Source: an uncultured Roseivirgaceae bacterium
Lineage (GTDB): Bacteria > Bacteroidota > Bacteroidia > Cytophagales > Cyclobacteriaceae
Assembly: GCA_964351425.1 (NCBI GenBank)
Contig: CAYGOW010000002.1
Span: 1-40,706 of the forward strand
Length of the DNA: 40,706 nt
Reading direction: 5' to 3'
Part shown: positions 20,816-29,772 of the stretch, in pieces
How the letters are laid out: each line of letters starts with the position of its first letter
How positions within the stretch are numbered: the first letter of the stretch is position 1
Notes under the pieces: model-generated
The model's database searches: none
Told to the model about the DNA's origin: nothing
The model's input: the letters and a program-made list of their open reading frames with translations, nothing else
Translations under genes and position numbers: made by a program

Positions 20816-21127
20816 CTAGGGATGGTTTATAGACTGGAGCAGCGTGCGAAATGCGACGTGCTTGTCTTTGAACCGAAGTCTGTGTTCTTCGGATAAAGCC
20901 GGAGCCTCATTGTCGAGGTACGCGACAACTCTGTCAATGGAAGTTGAAAAGTACTGCACCGAATAAGAAACCGTTGCTTCTTCTTCCTGTCCAAGCACTT
21001 TGTAAACTTTGAATTCAGTGAAATAGCCGGTAGCCATAACCTTAGGTATATGATGGCTGTGCATCCAATCGAGCCATTCTTTTTCGGTGTCCAAATCCAC
21101 ACCAACGGTGACATTGTATAAAATCAT
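20816..21127 (-). CDS. DUF4286 family protein
   Basis: 103 aa. MILYNVTV...EWLDWM..HIP.V..TG resembles the small Bacteroidota DUF4286 family. Recognised from memory only. Confidence 0.65.
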   Translation of the reverse strand: MILYNVTVGVDLDTEKEWLDWMHSHHIPKVMATGYFTEFKVYKVLGQEEEATVSYSVQYFSTSIDRVVAYLDNEAPALSEEHRLRFKDKHVAFRTLLQSINHP

Positions 21128-21214
21128 GGTATAAATTTAGCTAGAGAAAAGGTAATGAAAAGAGTTTTCTTCTTTTATGCTTAATAAATTATACCTATTT
21201 TAAATGATCCAGAG

Positions 21215-22684
21215 ATGTACATGTACTTCAGAATCACTTATATAAAAGCTTTCTTACTCGTTCTAACCCTATTGGTTATCCTCCCTTCCTGCAGGAGGTC
21301 AGGTAACGAAAGTACGGGTCCCGATGATGCAAGGGAGGTGTATAGCCCACCTGTCGACCTGGATCTTGATAAAATAAAAGAACGAGGTTTTCTCATAGCC
21401 ATTCTTGAGAATAGTTCGACCGGCTTCTTTATATACAAAGGCCGTCCTATGGGGTATGAGTATGATTTGATTTCCCGTTACGCAGAATCCATCGGGGTAG
21501 ATTTGGATATAAAGATTACTTCCAGTATTGACAGTGCATTTGCTATGCTGAATGATGGACAGGGAGATATTCTGGCCTACAACCTGACGGTGACCAAAGA
21601 ACGAAAGAAGCGGATGTCCTTTACGGATAGTCACTTCACCACCCGACAGGTTCTGGTTCAGAAAAAGCCGGAAAATTGGCGGGACATGACCCTGGATGAT
21701 ATTAATGACGCGCTGATCCGTAGTCAGGTCGAACTGGCGGGCAAGGAAATTTACGTAAGGAAAAATAGCGCCTATGCTGAAAGATTGAGAAACCTCTCGG
21801 ATGAAATTGGCGGGGATATTCTTATCAATGAGGTCAATGATAGCCTGGAAACAGAAAAACTTATTGCCAAGGTAGCGCGGGGAGAAATTCCATACACCGT
21901 AGCGGATGAGACAGTGGCACTGGTAAATGCTGCCTATTTCCCCGATATCGACGTTGAAACGCCCATTAGCTTTGAGCAACAAATTGCCTGGGCGGTCCGT
22001 CCGAATGCCGACAGTTTGAATAGCTCAATCAATGAGTGGATCGCCCAGTTAAAACGAACGCCGGTCTATAATGTCATCTACAACAAATATTTCAGAAACG
22101 CCAGAGGTTCGAATTTAAGGGCACGCAGTGACTATTCGAGTATGGGTGGGTCTAAAATTTCCGTTTATGACGATATGATAAAGGAACAAGGCAAGCGCTT
22201 AGGATGGGATTGGCGTTTAGTGGCATCGCAGATTTACCAGGAGTCAAAATTTGATCCGAATGTAGTTTCCTGGGCCGGTGCTGTAGGACTTATGCAAATG
22301 GTTCCGGAGACGGGTGAGCGATTTGGCGCCGAGAATTTATACGATCCTGAAGAAAGTTTAAAAGCAGGTGTGAGTTACCTCATTTATTTGGATGACCTAT
22401 GGAGTAAAACGGTCTCTGACGAAGAAGAGAGAAGAAAATTTGTATTGGCTTCCTATAATGTCGGGCTTGGCCATGTGGTGGATGCCCGTGAATTGACAGA
22501 AGTTTATGGCGGGAATCCGGTTCTCTGGGAGGATGTTTCGGAATATCTTCTCAAGAAAAGTGACCCGGAATACTTTAATCATGAAGTTGTCACCTCCGGG
22601 TATTGTCGTGGACAGGAGCCTGTTAATTATGTGCGGCAGATATTGAGCCGGTACGAAAAATACAGGCAGTCGATTTCTGTTTAA
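21215..22684 (+). CDS. mltF: MltF-like lytic murein transglycosylase (solute-binding domain + SLT domain)
   Basis: Lipoprotein-type signal (LPSC) and an N-terminal SBP_bac_3-like domain. The C-terminal SLT domain has the catalytic QES motif and AGAVGLMQ. Confidence 0.8.
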   Translation: MYMYFRITYIKAFLLVLTLLVILPSCRRSGNESTGPDDAREVYSPPVDLDLDKIKERGFLIAILENSSTGFFIYKGRPMGYEYDLISRYAESIGVDLDIKITSSIDSAFAMLNDGQGDILAYNLTVTKERKKRMSFTDSHFTTRQVLVQKKPENWRDMTLDDINDALIRSQVELAGKEIYVRKNSAYAERLRNLSDEIGGDILINEVNDSLETEKLIAKVARGEIPYTVADETVALVNAAYFPDIDVETPISFEQQIAWAVRPNADSLNSSINEWIAQLKRTPVYNVIYNKYFRNARGSNLRARSDYSSMGGSKISVYDDMIKEQGKRLGWDWRLVASQIYQESKFDPNVVSWAGAVGLMQMVPETGERFGAENLYDPEESLKAGVSYLIYLDDLWSKTVSDEEERRKFVLASYNVGLGHVVDARELTEVYGGNPVLWEDVSEYLLKKSDPEYFNHEVVTSGYCRGQEPVNYVRQILSRYEKYRQSISV

Positions 22685-24039
22685 CCGGTCTGTTTTATCT
22701 TCTCCAACGAGTCAATAATCCATGAAAGATCATCGTGTTGCCAGGTGGATTCTATATTCTCCCGTTTCATCACTTCATCCATGATTTTCTTTTGCAAACT
22801 CCCCATGCGCTTGGCCTGGGAGTATGGGATGTCTTCACGGAAAGTCACCATAGAATAAAGTGGAATCCATTTTTCCGGATACAGTTCGTACAGACGGGCT
22901 TCTATTTTCTTCCGCAATAAGAAATCATCATCTGCCACCAGATCACGCATTTCCATGAAATTGTCCAATGCCAGATCTGCAATAGCTTCGGCGTCGGGTT
23001 TGCGAACAGATTGGAAAAGAGGAATTACCTCCTCCCAATCATCAGAATATTGATCCAGTAAATTATTTAATACACGGCAGTCTTCAAATCCACTATTCAT
23101 GCCCTGTCCGTAAAAGGGAACGATCCCGTGCGAGGCATCTCCCAGTAGAAGTACCTTCCCCCGGCTCCATGGAAAACATCGGATTGTAACCAGGGAAGAG
23201 GTTGGGTTCTCTTTAAAATCTTCATGCAATTCTGGCATCAAAGCCAGCGCATCTGCAAAATTGGACTGGAAAAATTTAGTTATTCTTTCATTTGTATCCA
23301 GTTGGTCAAAGCTGTTTTGACCTTCATACGGCAAGAACAATGTACAGGTAAAGCTGCCGTCAAGATTTGGCAACGCGATAAGCATAAAGCGACCGCGTGG
23401 CCAAATATGCAAGGCATTTGTTTCCAGCAAGTGGCTGCCATTGGAACCGGCAGGAATGGACAACTCTTTATAGCCATATTCGATGAAATATTGCGAATAA
23501 TTAAACCTTTCGGTGCGTTGCATTTGATAACGCAACATGGAATAGGCACCATCGGCCCCGAGAATAACATCAGCCGTGAAGGACATCCGGTCCTTAAAGT
23601 GGATGATGCCATTCTCAAAATCCACGTCAACAACGGTCTGACTGAAATGCATTCGAATACCTTCTTCTTCGGCATGATTAAGGAGTAGTTCATTCAGGCC
23701 ACCTCGGGAAATAGAGTTAATCGCTTCTCCATCCCGGCCATATTGCTGGTACGTCAGGTTGCCTTCCTCATCATGCATCATTCTCCCGCGCATCGGAATT
23801 ATCAATTTTTTGACTGAATCCTCAAGGCCTAATTCAGCCAAAGGCTTCCATCCACGGTTGCTGAGGGCGAGATTTATTGAGCGACCTCCTTCCGGGTTTT
23901 CGATCCGCGGGTCAGAACGGCGTTCAAACAGATCGACCTGATAGCCGCGTTTGGCGAGATAACACGCCATGACAGATCCAACGAGGCCTGCACCAACGAT
24001 GGCAATGTTTTTTGCAGACCTTGAATCCTCAGGAGACAT
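22681..24039 (-). CDS. kmo: Kynurenine 3-monooxygenase (FAD-dependent)
   Basis: FAD fold GAGLVGS, and GDASHGIVPFYGQGMN typical of KMO/aromatic hydroxylases. Overlaps the kynU stop by 11 nt. Confidence 0.88.
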   Translation of the reverse strand: MSPEDSRSAKNIAIVGAGLVGSVMACYLAKRGYQVDLFERRSDPRIENPEGGRSINLALSNRGWKPLAELGLEDSVKKLIIPMRGRMMHDEEGNLTYQQYGRDGEAINSISRGGLNELLLNHAEEEGIRMHFSQTVVDVDFENGIIHFKDRMSFTADVILGADGAYSMLRYQMQRTERFNYSQYFIEYGYKELSIPAGSNGSHLLETNALHIWPRGRFMLIALPNLDGSFTCTLFLPYEGQNSFDQLDTNERITKFFQSNFADALALMPELHEDFKENPTSSLVTIRCFPWSRGKVLLLGDASHGIVPFYGQGMNSGFEDCRVLNNLLDQYSDDWEEVIPLFQSVRKPDAEAIADLALDNFMEMRDLVADDDFLLRKKIEARLYELYPEKWIPLYSMVTFREDIPYSQAKRMGSLQKKIMDEVMKRENIESTWQHDDLSWIIDSLEKIKQTG

Positions 24040-25345
24040 TTTCTAAAGCAGCTTTTAGTTGTTGCGAGAATCGGTACACATCCAGATAGCTGTTATACAT
24101 CGGGGTAGGAGCTACCCGGATGACCCCTGAATGATTTTCTGTGGCAGATAATTGATTTTCGCGCCAATCAGTCACAATGCCCTTTCCGGCAAGGAAATCG
24201 AATACCTTCTTTCCATTCTTAGGAAAAAATATAGATAATTGACAACCACGTTCATTTGGGTTCGACGGGGTTAAGATCTGAAAATCGGTTTGTTCCGGAT
24301 CAATTGAATGCAATAAAAAATCCAGAAACCCGGTAAGCTGGAGGCTTTTAGAACGAAGGTTTTCCATTCCCGCTTCCTGAAACAAGGTAAGTGCCGGAAT
24401 ATGCGCGGCTGTCCCCAGGATATTCATATTGCTCATTTGCCATCCATCTGCGCCTTCCATTGGCTTAAAGCCTTTTTCCATGAGAAATCGCTCATTTTGA
24501 TCATGGCCCCACCATCCGGCAAAGCGGGGTAAGTCATCCGAATGACCGTGGCGCTCATGCACAAAAATACCACTAACGCCCCCTGGTCCTGAATTAAGGT
24601 ATTTGTAACTACACCAGACAGCGAAGTCGACATTGTCATCGTGGAGAGAGAGGGGAACGTTGCCTACGGCATGTGCCAGATCCCACCCGGCAAAGGCACC
24701 GGCCTCGTGGGCAGCACGGGTAATACTTTCGAGATCAAAGAACTGTCCGGTGAAGTACTGTACTCCACTCATCAGCACCAGGGCGGTCTGATCCCCGTGT
24801 TCTTTAATCGTTGCCAGAATGTCTTCCTGTCGTAGTGTATATTCTCCGGCGGATGGCTCAATCTCAATTATTGCCTCTTCAGGATCCAGTCCATGAAACC
24901 GTACCTGGCTTTCCACAGCATACTGGTCAGAAGGGAAGGCCCCAGCCTCCATAATAATTTTAAAGCGATCTGAGGTAGGGCGATAAAACGAAACCATCAT
25001 GAAATGCAGGTTGGAAGTCAGGTTGTTCATCGGAACCACTTCCGACTCTTTTGCACCCACCACAGCCGAAAGGCCGGCTTTCATCAGGGTATGGTAATGA
25101 AGCCAGGGACGTCGTCCTTCAAAATGGCCATCCACCGCCAGATCTGCCCACTTTTCCAGTTCCTCACCTATGATTTTACGTGCCCCGATTGGCTGCAGGT
25201 CCAGGGAGTTTCCGGTGAAGTAAATAACCGGGTTGCCATTTTTTTTAGGGAAAAGATAGTGCTCCCGGAACGATGCCAATTCATCTTGTTTGTCCAGGTA
25301 TTCAGCATATTCCCTTGTGGCCTGATAAGTTATCGTTTCTTGCAT
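24029..25345 (-). CDS. kynU: Kynureninase (PLP-dependent)
   Basis: Collinear with kynureninases (FREHYLFPK..., DFAVWCSYKYLN with the PLP lysine). ATG 25345 (MQETITYQ) fits homologue N-termini. The track ORF extends to ATG 25417. Confidence 0.9.
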   Translation of the reverse strand: MQETITYQATREYAEYLDKQDELASFREHYLFPKKNGNPVIYFTGNSLDLQPIGARKIIGEELEKWADLAVDGHFEGRRPWLHYHTLMKAGLSAVVGAKESEVVPMNNLTSNLHFMMVSFYRPTSDRFKIIMEAGAFPSDQYAVESQVRFHGLDPEEAIIEIEPSAGEYTLRQEDILATIKEHGDQTALVLMSGVQYFTGQFFDLESITRAAHEAGAFAGWDLAHAVGNVPLSLHDDNVDFAVWCSYKYLNSGPGGVSGIFVHERHGHSDDLPRFAGWWGHDQNERFLMEKGFKPMEGADGWQMSNMNILGTAAHIPALTLFQEAGMENLRSKSLQLTGFLDFLLHSIDPEQTDFQILTPSNPNERGCQLSIFFPKNGKKVFDFLAGKGIVTDWRENQLSATENHSGVIRVAPTPMYNSYLDVYRFSQQLKAALENVS

Positions 25346-25451
25346 GTGAATCTTTAGTCGTTGGGCATCAAAAATACCAAAAAAAGATGTGTCCGCCGTA
25401 AACGGAAAGGAATTCATGCCATTGGATAAATATTATCGGAATTATTTATTA

Positions 25452-25489
25452 TACAAATGTGAATTAAATTAATTAGATTCACTTTTGTA
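25452..25489. promoter_or_regulatory. 38-bp dyad-symmetric element, candidate PadR operator
   Basis: TACAAATGTGAAT (25452..25464) and ATTCACTTTTGTA (25477..25489) are inverted repeats matching at 12 of 13 positions. The central AATTAATT (25467..25474) shares the same symmetry axis. The element ends 17 nt upstream of the padR ATG, in the kynU/padR divergent spacer. Confidence 0.5.
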
Positions 25490-25505
25490 AAACAAAAATA
25501 AAATT

Positions 25506-25838
25506 ATGAGAGGAGAAAATCTGGGTGAACTGGAAGAGCTTGTATTGCTTACAATCGGGATCATTTATCAGGAAGCATATGGCGTCTCAATTCGTGAGGA
25601 ATTGCATAATCAGACGGGGCGTAGCATTAATATAAGTGCGATTCATTCGGTCCTCCGCCGGCTCGAGGAGAAAGGGTTTGTTGAAAGTTACATGGGTGGG
25701 TCAACGGCAGACAGAGGTGGCAGACGCAAGCGGCTATTCTCACTGACTGCGTTGGGCAAGCAGGTGTTGAAAGAATCGGTAGAGCTGCGTAACAGAATGT
25801 ACAGCACCATACCCAAATTTGCATGGGACATCCGATAA
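25506..25838 (+). CDS. PadR family transcriptional regulator
   Basis: 110-aa winged helix with the typical LEELVLL...YG..I......G....S.G.IY..L.RLE..G pattern. Confidence 0.88.
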   Translation: MRGENLGELEELVLLTIGIIYQEAYGVSIREELHNQTGRSINISAIHSVLRRLEEKGFVESYMGGSTADRGGRRKRLFSLTALGKQVLKESVELRNRMYSTIPKFAWDIR

Positions 25839-28405
25839 AACAACCACCGGCTTGGATCGACCGCTTCCTGGAATGGTATTGCCGGGAGGAGCTGCTTGAA
25901 GTGATCCAGGGAGATTTGTATGAACTCTATCAGCAACGAAGAAAGGAAAAGAATGAAGGTGTTGCCAATCTCATGTACATCTGGGATGTCATCAGGTTTT
26001 TCCGGTGGTCTACAATTCGTAAGGTCAAAACTCAAAATAACACAACAATGGTTACCAACTATTTTAAAACCGGCTGGCGTCAGATCAAAAGCCAGAAAAT
26101 TACCTCACTCATAACCATTAGCGGCCTGGCTCTTGCCATTGGGTTTGCTATTACGGTATTTGTTTTCATTGATTTCTTTGAGAATATGGATCAATTTCAT
26201 GAGCGAAAGGATCGCATTTACCAAGTGCTGAACCTTGTGGAGGGAGATGATGAAATTGAGCAGTGGAGTGATATTTCATGGGCTGTAGCAGAGCAACTTG
26301 GTGAGCCCAATGAGGCAATTGAGCACATGACACGCATAGAGTTCAGCAACCCGAATGTCCGCTACCAGGACGAGGTATTCTCCGAATCAGTATGGATGGT
26401 AGATCCTGATTACATGCAAATATTTGATTTTCCGATGGCGCAGGGTGATCGTTATGCCTTAAGGAATAAATCCAGCGTACTGATCACAGAGAATGTCGCC
26501 CGTAAATATTTTGGCGACGAGGAGGCGCAGGGTAAAATGCTCACCATGAAGTTCAGTGATCAGGTTTCACTAGATTTCATCGTGCAGGGCATCCTTGAGA
26601 ATTTGCCGAAAAGAGCAAGTTTTGGCGGGGAGATTTTAATTTCGGCCGATAACTTCAGGGATGTACACCCGGAGACGATTGATGAGTGGGAATACCTGAC
26701 CGATGGTATATTTATTCAACTGGCAGAAAATGCCCGGGTTACTGATATTGCGCCTCAGCTTAGCCGTTTGGTCAGTGAGCAGAATTTATCCTCTGATGAA
26801 TGGCAAACCGCTGAATACAAACCCCTGATCCTGGGGAAACTTTCGCTCGAACACATGAATATTCGTCAGTCGATTGCAGGTGGATCTCATCCTGCCGGCA
26901 GGCGTGCTCTCGCGATTATTGCCATTCTGCTTCTGCTTGTCGCTTGTTTTAATTACGTAAATATCGCTGTCTCCGCTGCCGCCCGGCGTTTAAAAGAAAT
27001 TGCGCTGCGAAAAGTGCTGGGAGGTTATCGCGGTCAACTGATCCGTCAGTTCCTGATTGAGAATTTTCTGGTCACTTTGCTGGCTATGGTATTCGGACTT
27101 ATTCTTTGCTATTTTATTTTACTCCCGGGATTTAGCTACATGTTGCCGATATCCATCCCGTTTTCGTTTTCAACGATTACTACGGCTATTTTATTTTTTG
27201 CGGGGATGATAGCGCTTGTTACGGTTTTATCCGGGGCATATCCGGCATTCTATATTTCCCGCTTTCAGCCCGTCAATATTTTCAGGGGCAGGGAAAAGTT
27301 TGGTGCGTCCAATTGGTTAAGCCGGATTCTCATGGTTATTCAGCTAATGCTTGCATTCACGACGATTGTCGCGTGTTTTGTATTTAATGTGAATGCCTAC
27401 GATATGGCAAGAAAGGATTGGGGATATTCTCATGAGGACTTAATAAGTATACCGGTCCAAAACAGTGAACAACTCAATTTTATGGAAGCGCGGGCAATGG
27501 AAATGCCTGATGTGGAAAGCCTAGTCACGTCTGAGGGTCATATCGGACTTTCCAACCCCGTCGTGCTCCTCAAGCACAAAGACCTTTCGATTAATTCTAT
27601 CCTATACAAATCCGACCCTGATTATCCGAAGGTAATGGGGTTACGTCTGAAAGAGGGCCGGTGGTTTAATCCTCAGGAGACCCAGCAAACCATGATTATC
27701 AGTCAAAAGGTTGCCGAACGTCTCAATTTGTCGGATCCTATGGAAACAACACTTACTGTCGACAGCTTGAAATACAGGATTATCGGCATTGTGGAAGACT
27801 TTCATCAGGATATATTCTATGTGGAAAAATCACCTGTTGTTTTTATTCCGGGGAAAAAATCCGACATGAACTTCATTACCTTACGCACGTCACCGGGAAG
27901 TGACCTGGAAGTATTTAACAAGTTGAGAAGTGAATGGAAGGAGATTGCTCCGGATGATCCGTTTGAAGGAATTTACCAGTCAGAGGTTATGGATTCATTT
28001 TTTCGGGAGAATCGCTCGAATCAGATCGTACTTGGAGGTATTTCAGGCATTGCGCTGTTGCTTGCTTGTATCGGGTTGTACGGGCTCATTTCATTCCAGG
28101 TTAGCCGCAGGTTGAAAGAAATCAGTGTACGTAAAGTATTGGGTGCCAGTCTTGCGCAAATAGTGAGTGTAGTTAATAAAGATTATCTGATCATGCTCCT
28201 TATTGCGATGGTTGTTGGAATGCCAATTGGATATTTATTTGTGAATCAGCTGATTGTTGCCATTTATCCAGATCCCCTTCCGACAACCATATGGCCGTTT
28301 GTGCTGGCTTTTGGGATCACTATGCTGGCTATGGCCGTCACACTCGGCTCTCAAATCATGCGTATTTCAACACAAAATCCTGCAGAAAATCTTCGCACTG
28401 AATGA
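25823..28405 (+). CDS. FtsX/MacB-like double permease with N-terminal cytoplasmic prefix domain, no adjacent ATPase
   Basis: 860 aa. A soluble helical prefix of about 70 aa is followed by two repeats of TM, large extracytoplasmic domain and 3 TM. Overlaps padR by 16 nt. Confidence 0.8.
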   Translation: MGHPIKQPPAWIDRFLEWYCREELLEVIQGDLYELYQQRRKEKNEGVANLMYIWDVIRFFRWSTIRKVKTQNNTTMVTNYFKTGWRQIKSQKITSLITISGLALAIGFAITVFVFIDFFENMDQFHERKDRIYQVLNLVEGDDEIEQWSDISWAVAEQLGEPNEAIEHMTRIEFSNPNVRYQDEVFSESVWMVDPDYMQIFDFPMAQGDRYALRNKSSVLITENVARKYFGDEEAQGKMLTMKFSDQVSLDFIVQGILENLPKRASFGGEILISADNFRDVHPETIDEWEYLTDGIFIQLAENARVTDIAPQLSRLVSEQNLSSDEWQTAEYKPLILGKLSLEHMNIRQSIAGGSHPAGRRALAIIAILLLLVACFNYVNIAVSAAARRLKEIALRKVLGGYRGQLIRQFLIENFLVTLLAMVFGLILCYFILLPGFSYMLPISIPFSFSTITTAILFFAGMIALVTVLSGAYPAFYISRFQPVNIFRGREKFGASNWLSRILMVIQLMLAFTTIVACFVFNVNAYDMARKDWGYSHEDLISIPVQNSEQLNFMEARAMEMPDVESLVTSEGHIGLSNPVVLLKHKDLSINSILYKSDPDYPKVMGLRLKEGRWFNPQETQQTMIISQKVAERLNLSDPMETTLTVDSLKYRIIGIVEDFHQDIFYVEKSPVVFIPGKKSDMNFITLRTSPGSDLEVFNKLRSEWKEIAPDDPFEGIYQSEVMDSFFRENRSNQIVLGGISGIALLLACIGLYGLISFQVSRRLKEISVRKVLGASLAQIVSVVNKDYLIMLLIAMVVGMPIGYLFVNQLIVAIYPDPLPTTIWPFVLAFGITMLAMAVTLGSQIMRISTQNPAENLRTE

Positions 28406-28409
28406 GTTT

Positions 28410-28937
28410 CTAAACGAACCGTGGGTCCGCCTCCATCACATGGCCGCAGTTATCACATGCCCTCAGCTCCTTTGAGCCATAGAATTCCTTGAATCTCGGA
28501 AGGAAGTCCTTTTCAATATTGGTGAGTGGGAAGTGTGTTTCATGAAGTTTGTGATTGCACTTATCGCAATACCAAATCAGGCCATCCATGTGATCCGGTT
28601 CCCTGACGCGCTCAATAACAAGACCCACACTTCCGGCCGGACGAATGGGAGAATGCGGCACTTTGGCTGGATGCAGATACATTTCTCCTGCCCGTATCGG
28701 AATCTCAACGGCCTTTCCGTCCTCCTGAATTTTTACCGTTATCTCCCCCTCCAGCTGGTAAAAAAGTTCCTCTGTCTCATTGTAATGATAATCCTTTCTG
28801 GCATTGGGCCCGCCCACGATCATCACAATGTAGTCGCTGCCTTCCGGGTATAAATTTTTGTTTCCAACCGGGGGTTTAAGCAAGTCCCGGTTGTCTTCAA
28901 TCCATTTTTGAAGGTTAAAAGGTCGCTTGATTGCCAT
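28410..28937 (-). CDS. nbaC: 3-hydroxyanthranilate 3,4-dioxygenase
   Basis: Cupin with iron ligands in DYHYNETEE and VPHSP. C-terminal rubredoxin-like CDKC...CDNC site. Confidence 0.9.
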   Translation of the reverse strand: MAIKRPFNLQKWIEDNRDLLKPPVGNKNLYPEGSDYIVMIVGGPNARKDYHYNETEELFYQLEGEITVKIQEDGKAVEIPIRAGEMYLHPAKVPHSPIRPAGSVGLVIERVREPDHMDGLIWYCDKCNHKLHETHFPLTNIEKDFLPRFKEFYGSKELRACDNCGHVMEADPRFV

Positions 28938-28981
28938 GTGCTTTGATTTTTATTTTAAATTTAATGAATAAACTTGATCAA

Positions 28982-29770
28982 ATGAATTTGACACTAGAAG
29001 GAAAGCGGGCATTAGTGTGTGGTAGTTCGCAAGGAATCGGGCAGGCTATCGCCGAAGCGTTGGCTGATATGGGAGCCTCAGTAACACTATTCGCAAGAAA
29101 TGAGGAAAAATTACGGGAAGTACAGCAAGGACTATCTTCAGACCATGGGAAGGATCATGATTTCCTGGTGGCAGACTTTAATGATGCGGAAGCTGTTGAC
29201 AAGGTGCTGTCTGATTACCTCTCGAAAGGACGCAGGATAGATATTCTCATTAACAATAGCGGAGGTCCTCCAGGCGGACTTGCAAGTGAGGCGGATGTTG
29301 ATGAATTCCGCCTGGCATTTGAGCGTCATGTGGTCGTGAGTCAACTCATAACCGGTCATGTCCTGACCGGAATGAAGGAGAATAATTTTGGCAGGATCAT
29401 TAACATTATTTCTACTTCGGTAAAGGCGCCGATTCCTGGTTTAGGTGTTTCCAATACGATTCGAGGTGCCGTTGCAAACTGGGCAAAGACGTTGTCCATC
29501 GAGCTGGGGCCCTACGGGATCACCGTAAATAATGTGTTGCCGGGAGCTACCATGACAGGTCGGCTGAACAGCATCATTCGGAATAAGGCAGAAAAACAAG
29601 GAACCACCGTGGAGGAAGTAGAAAAAGAAATGATGGCTGAAATACCCTCCCGCCTGTTTGCCCAACCCATTGAGGTCGCCGTGGCAGCAGCATTTCTTTG
29701 TTCGACCGAAGCGGCCTACATCAATGGAATAAACCTGCCGGTGGATGGGGGCAGATTACCAAATCTCTGA
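28982..29770 (+). CDS. SDR-fold oxidoreductase with non-canonical active-site residues
   Basis: Rossmann motif GSSQGIG and NNSGG. In an ungapped alignment to FabG the catalytic Tyr/Lys positions are Ser157/Arg161. Start ATG 28982 is preferred; 28964 is possible and the track start 28931 is unlikely. Confidence 0.8.
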   Translation: MNLTLEGKRALVCGSSQGIGQAIAEALADMGASVTLFARNEEKLREVQQGLSSDHGKDHDFLVADFNDAEAVDKVLSDYLSKGRRIDILINNSGGPPGGLASEADVDEFRLAFERHVVVSQLITGHVLTGMKENNFGRIINIISTSVKAPIPGLGVSNTIRGAVANWAKTLSIELGPYGITVNNVLPGATMTGRLNSIIRNKAEKQGTTVEEVEKEMMAEIPSRLFAQPIEVAVAAAFLCSTEAAYINGINLPVDGGRLPNL

Positions 29771-29772
29771 AC

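Noticed and set aside
21299-21982. Long antisense or out-of-frame ORFs inside well-supported genes. Examples: 21299..21982, 3994..4536, 3310..3753, 23224..23688, 23280..23693, 12221..12607, 12710..13090, 15684..16043, 16047..16370, 39979..40446, 25004..25357.
   Set aside because: Each lies wholly within a gene with clear family motifs on the other strand or frame. Their translations are low-complexity or Arg/Ser/Pro-rich with no recognisable domain. They are typical shadow ORFs.
25346-25417. N-terminal extensions offered by the ORF track. These are kynU to 25417, hpt to 10590, HK to 3251, M42 to 11540, SDR from 28931, ALDH from 29698, nrnA from 32788, FKBP from 34828 and the coiled-coil ORF from 31158.
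   Set aside because: The extensions use TTG or upstream in-frame codons. They add non-homologous residues, overlap the preceding gene or its stop, or cover promoter-like boxes. The internal ATG starts fit homologue N-termini better. Start choice remains uncertain by a few codons.
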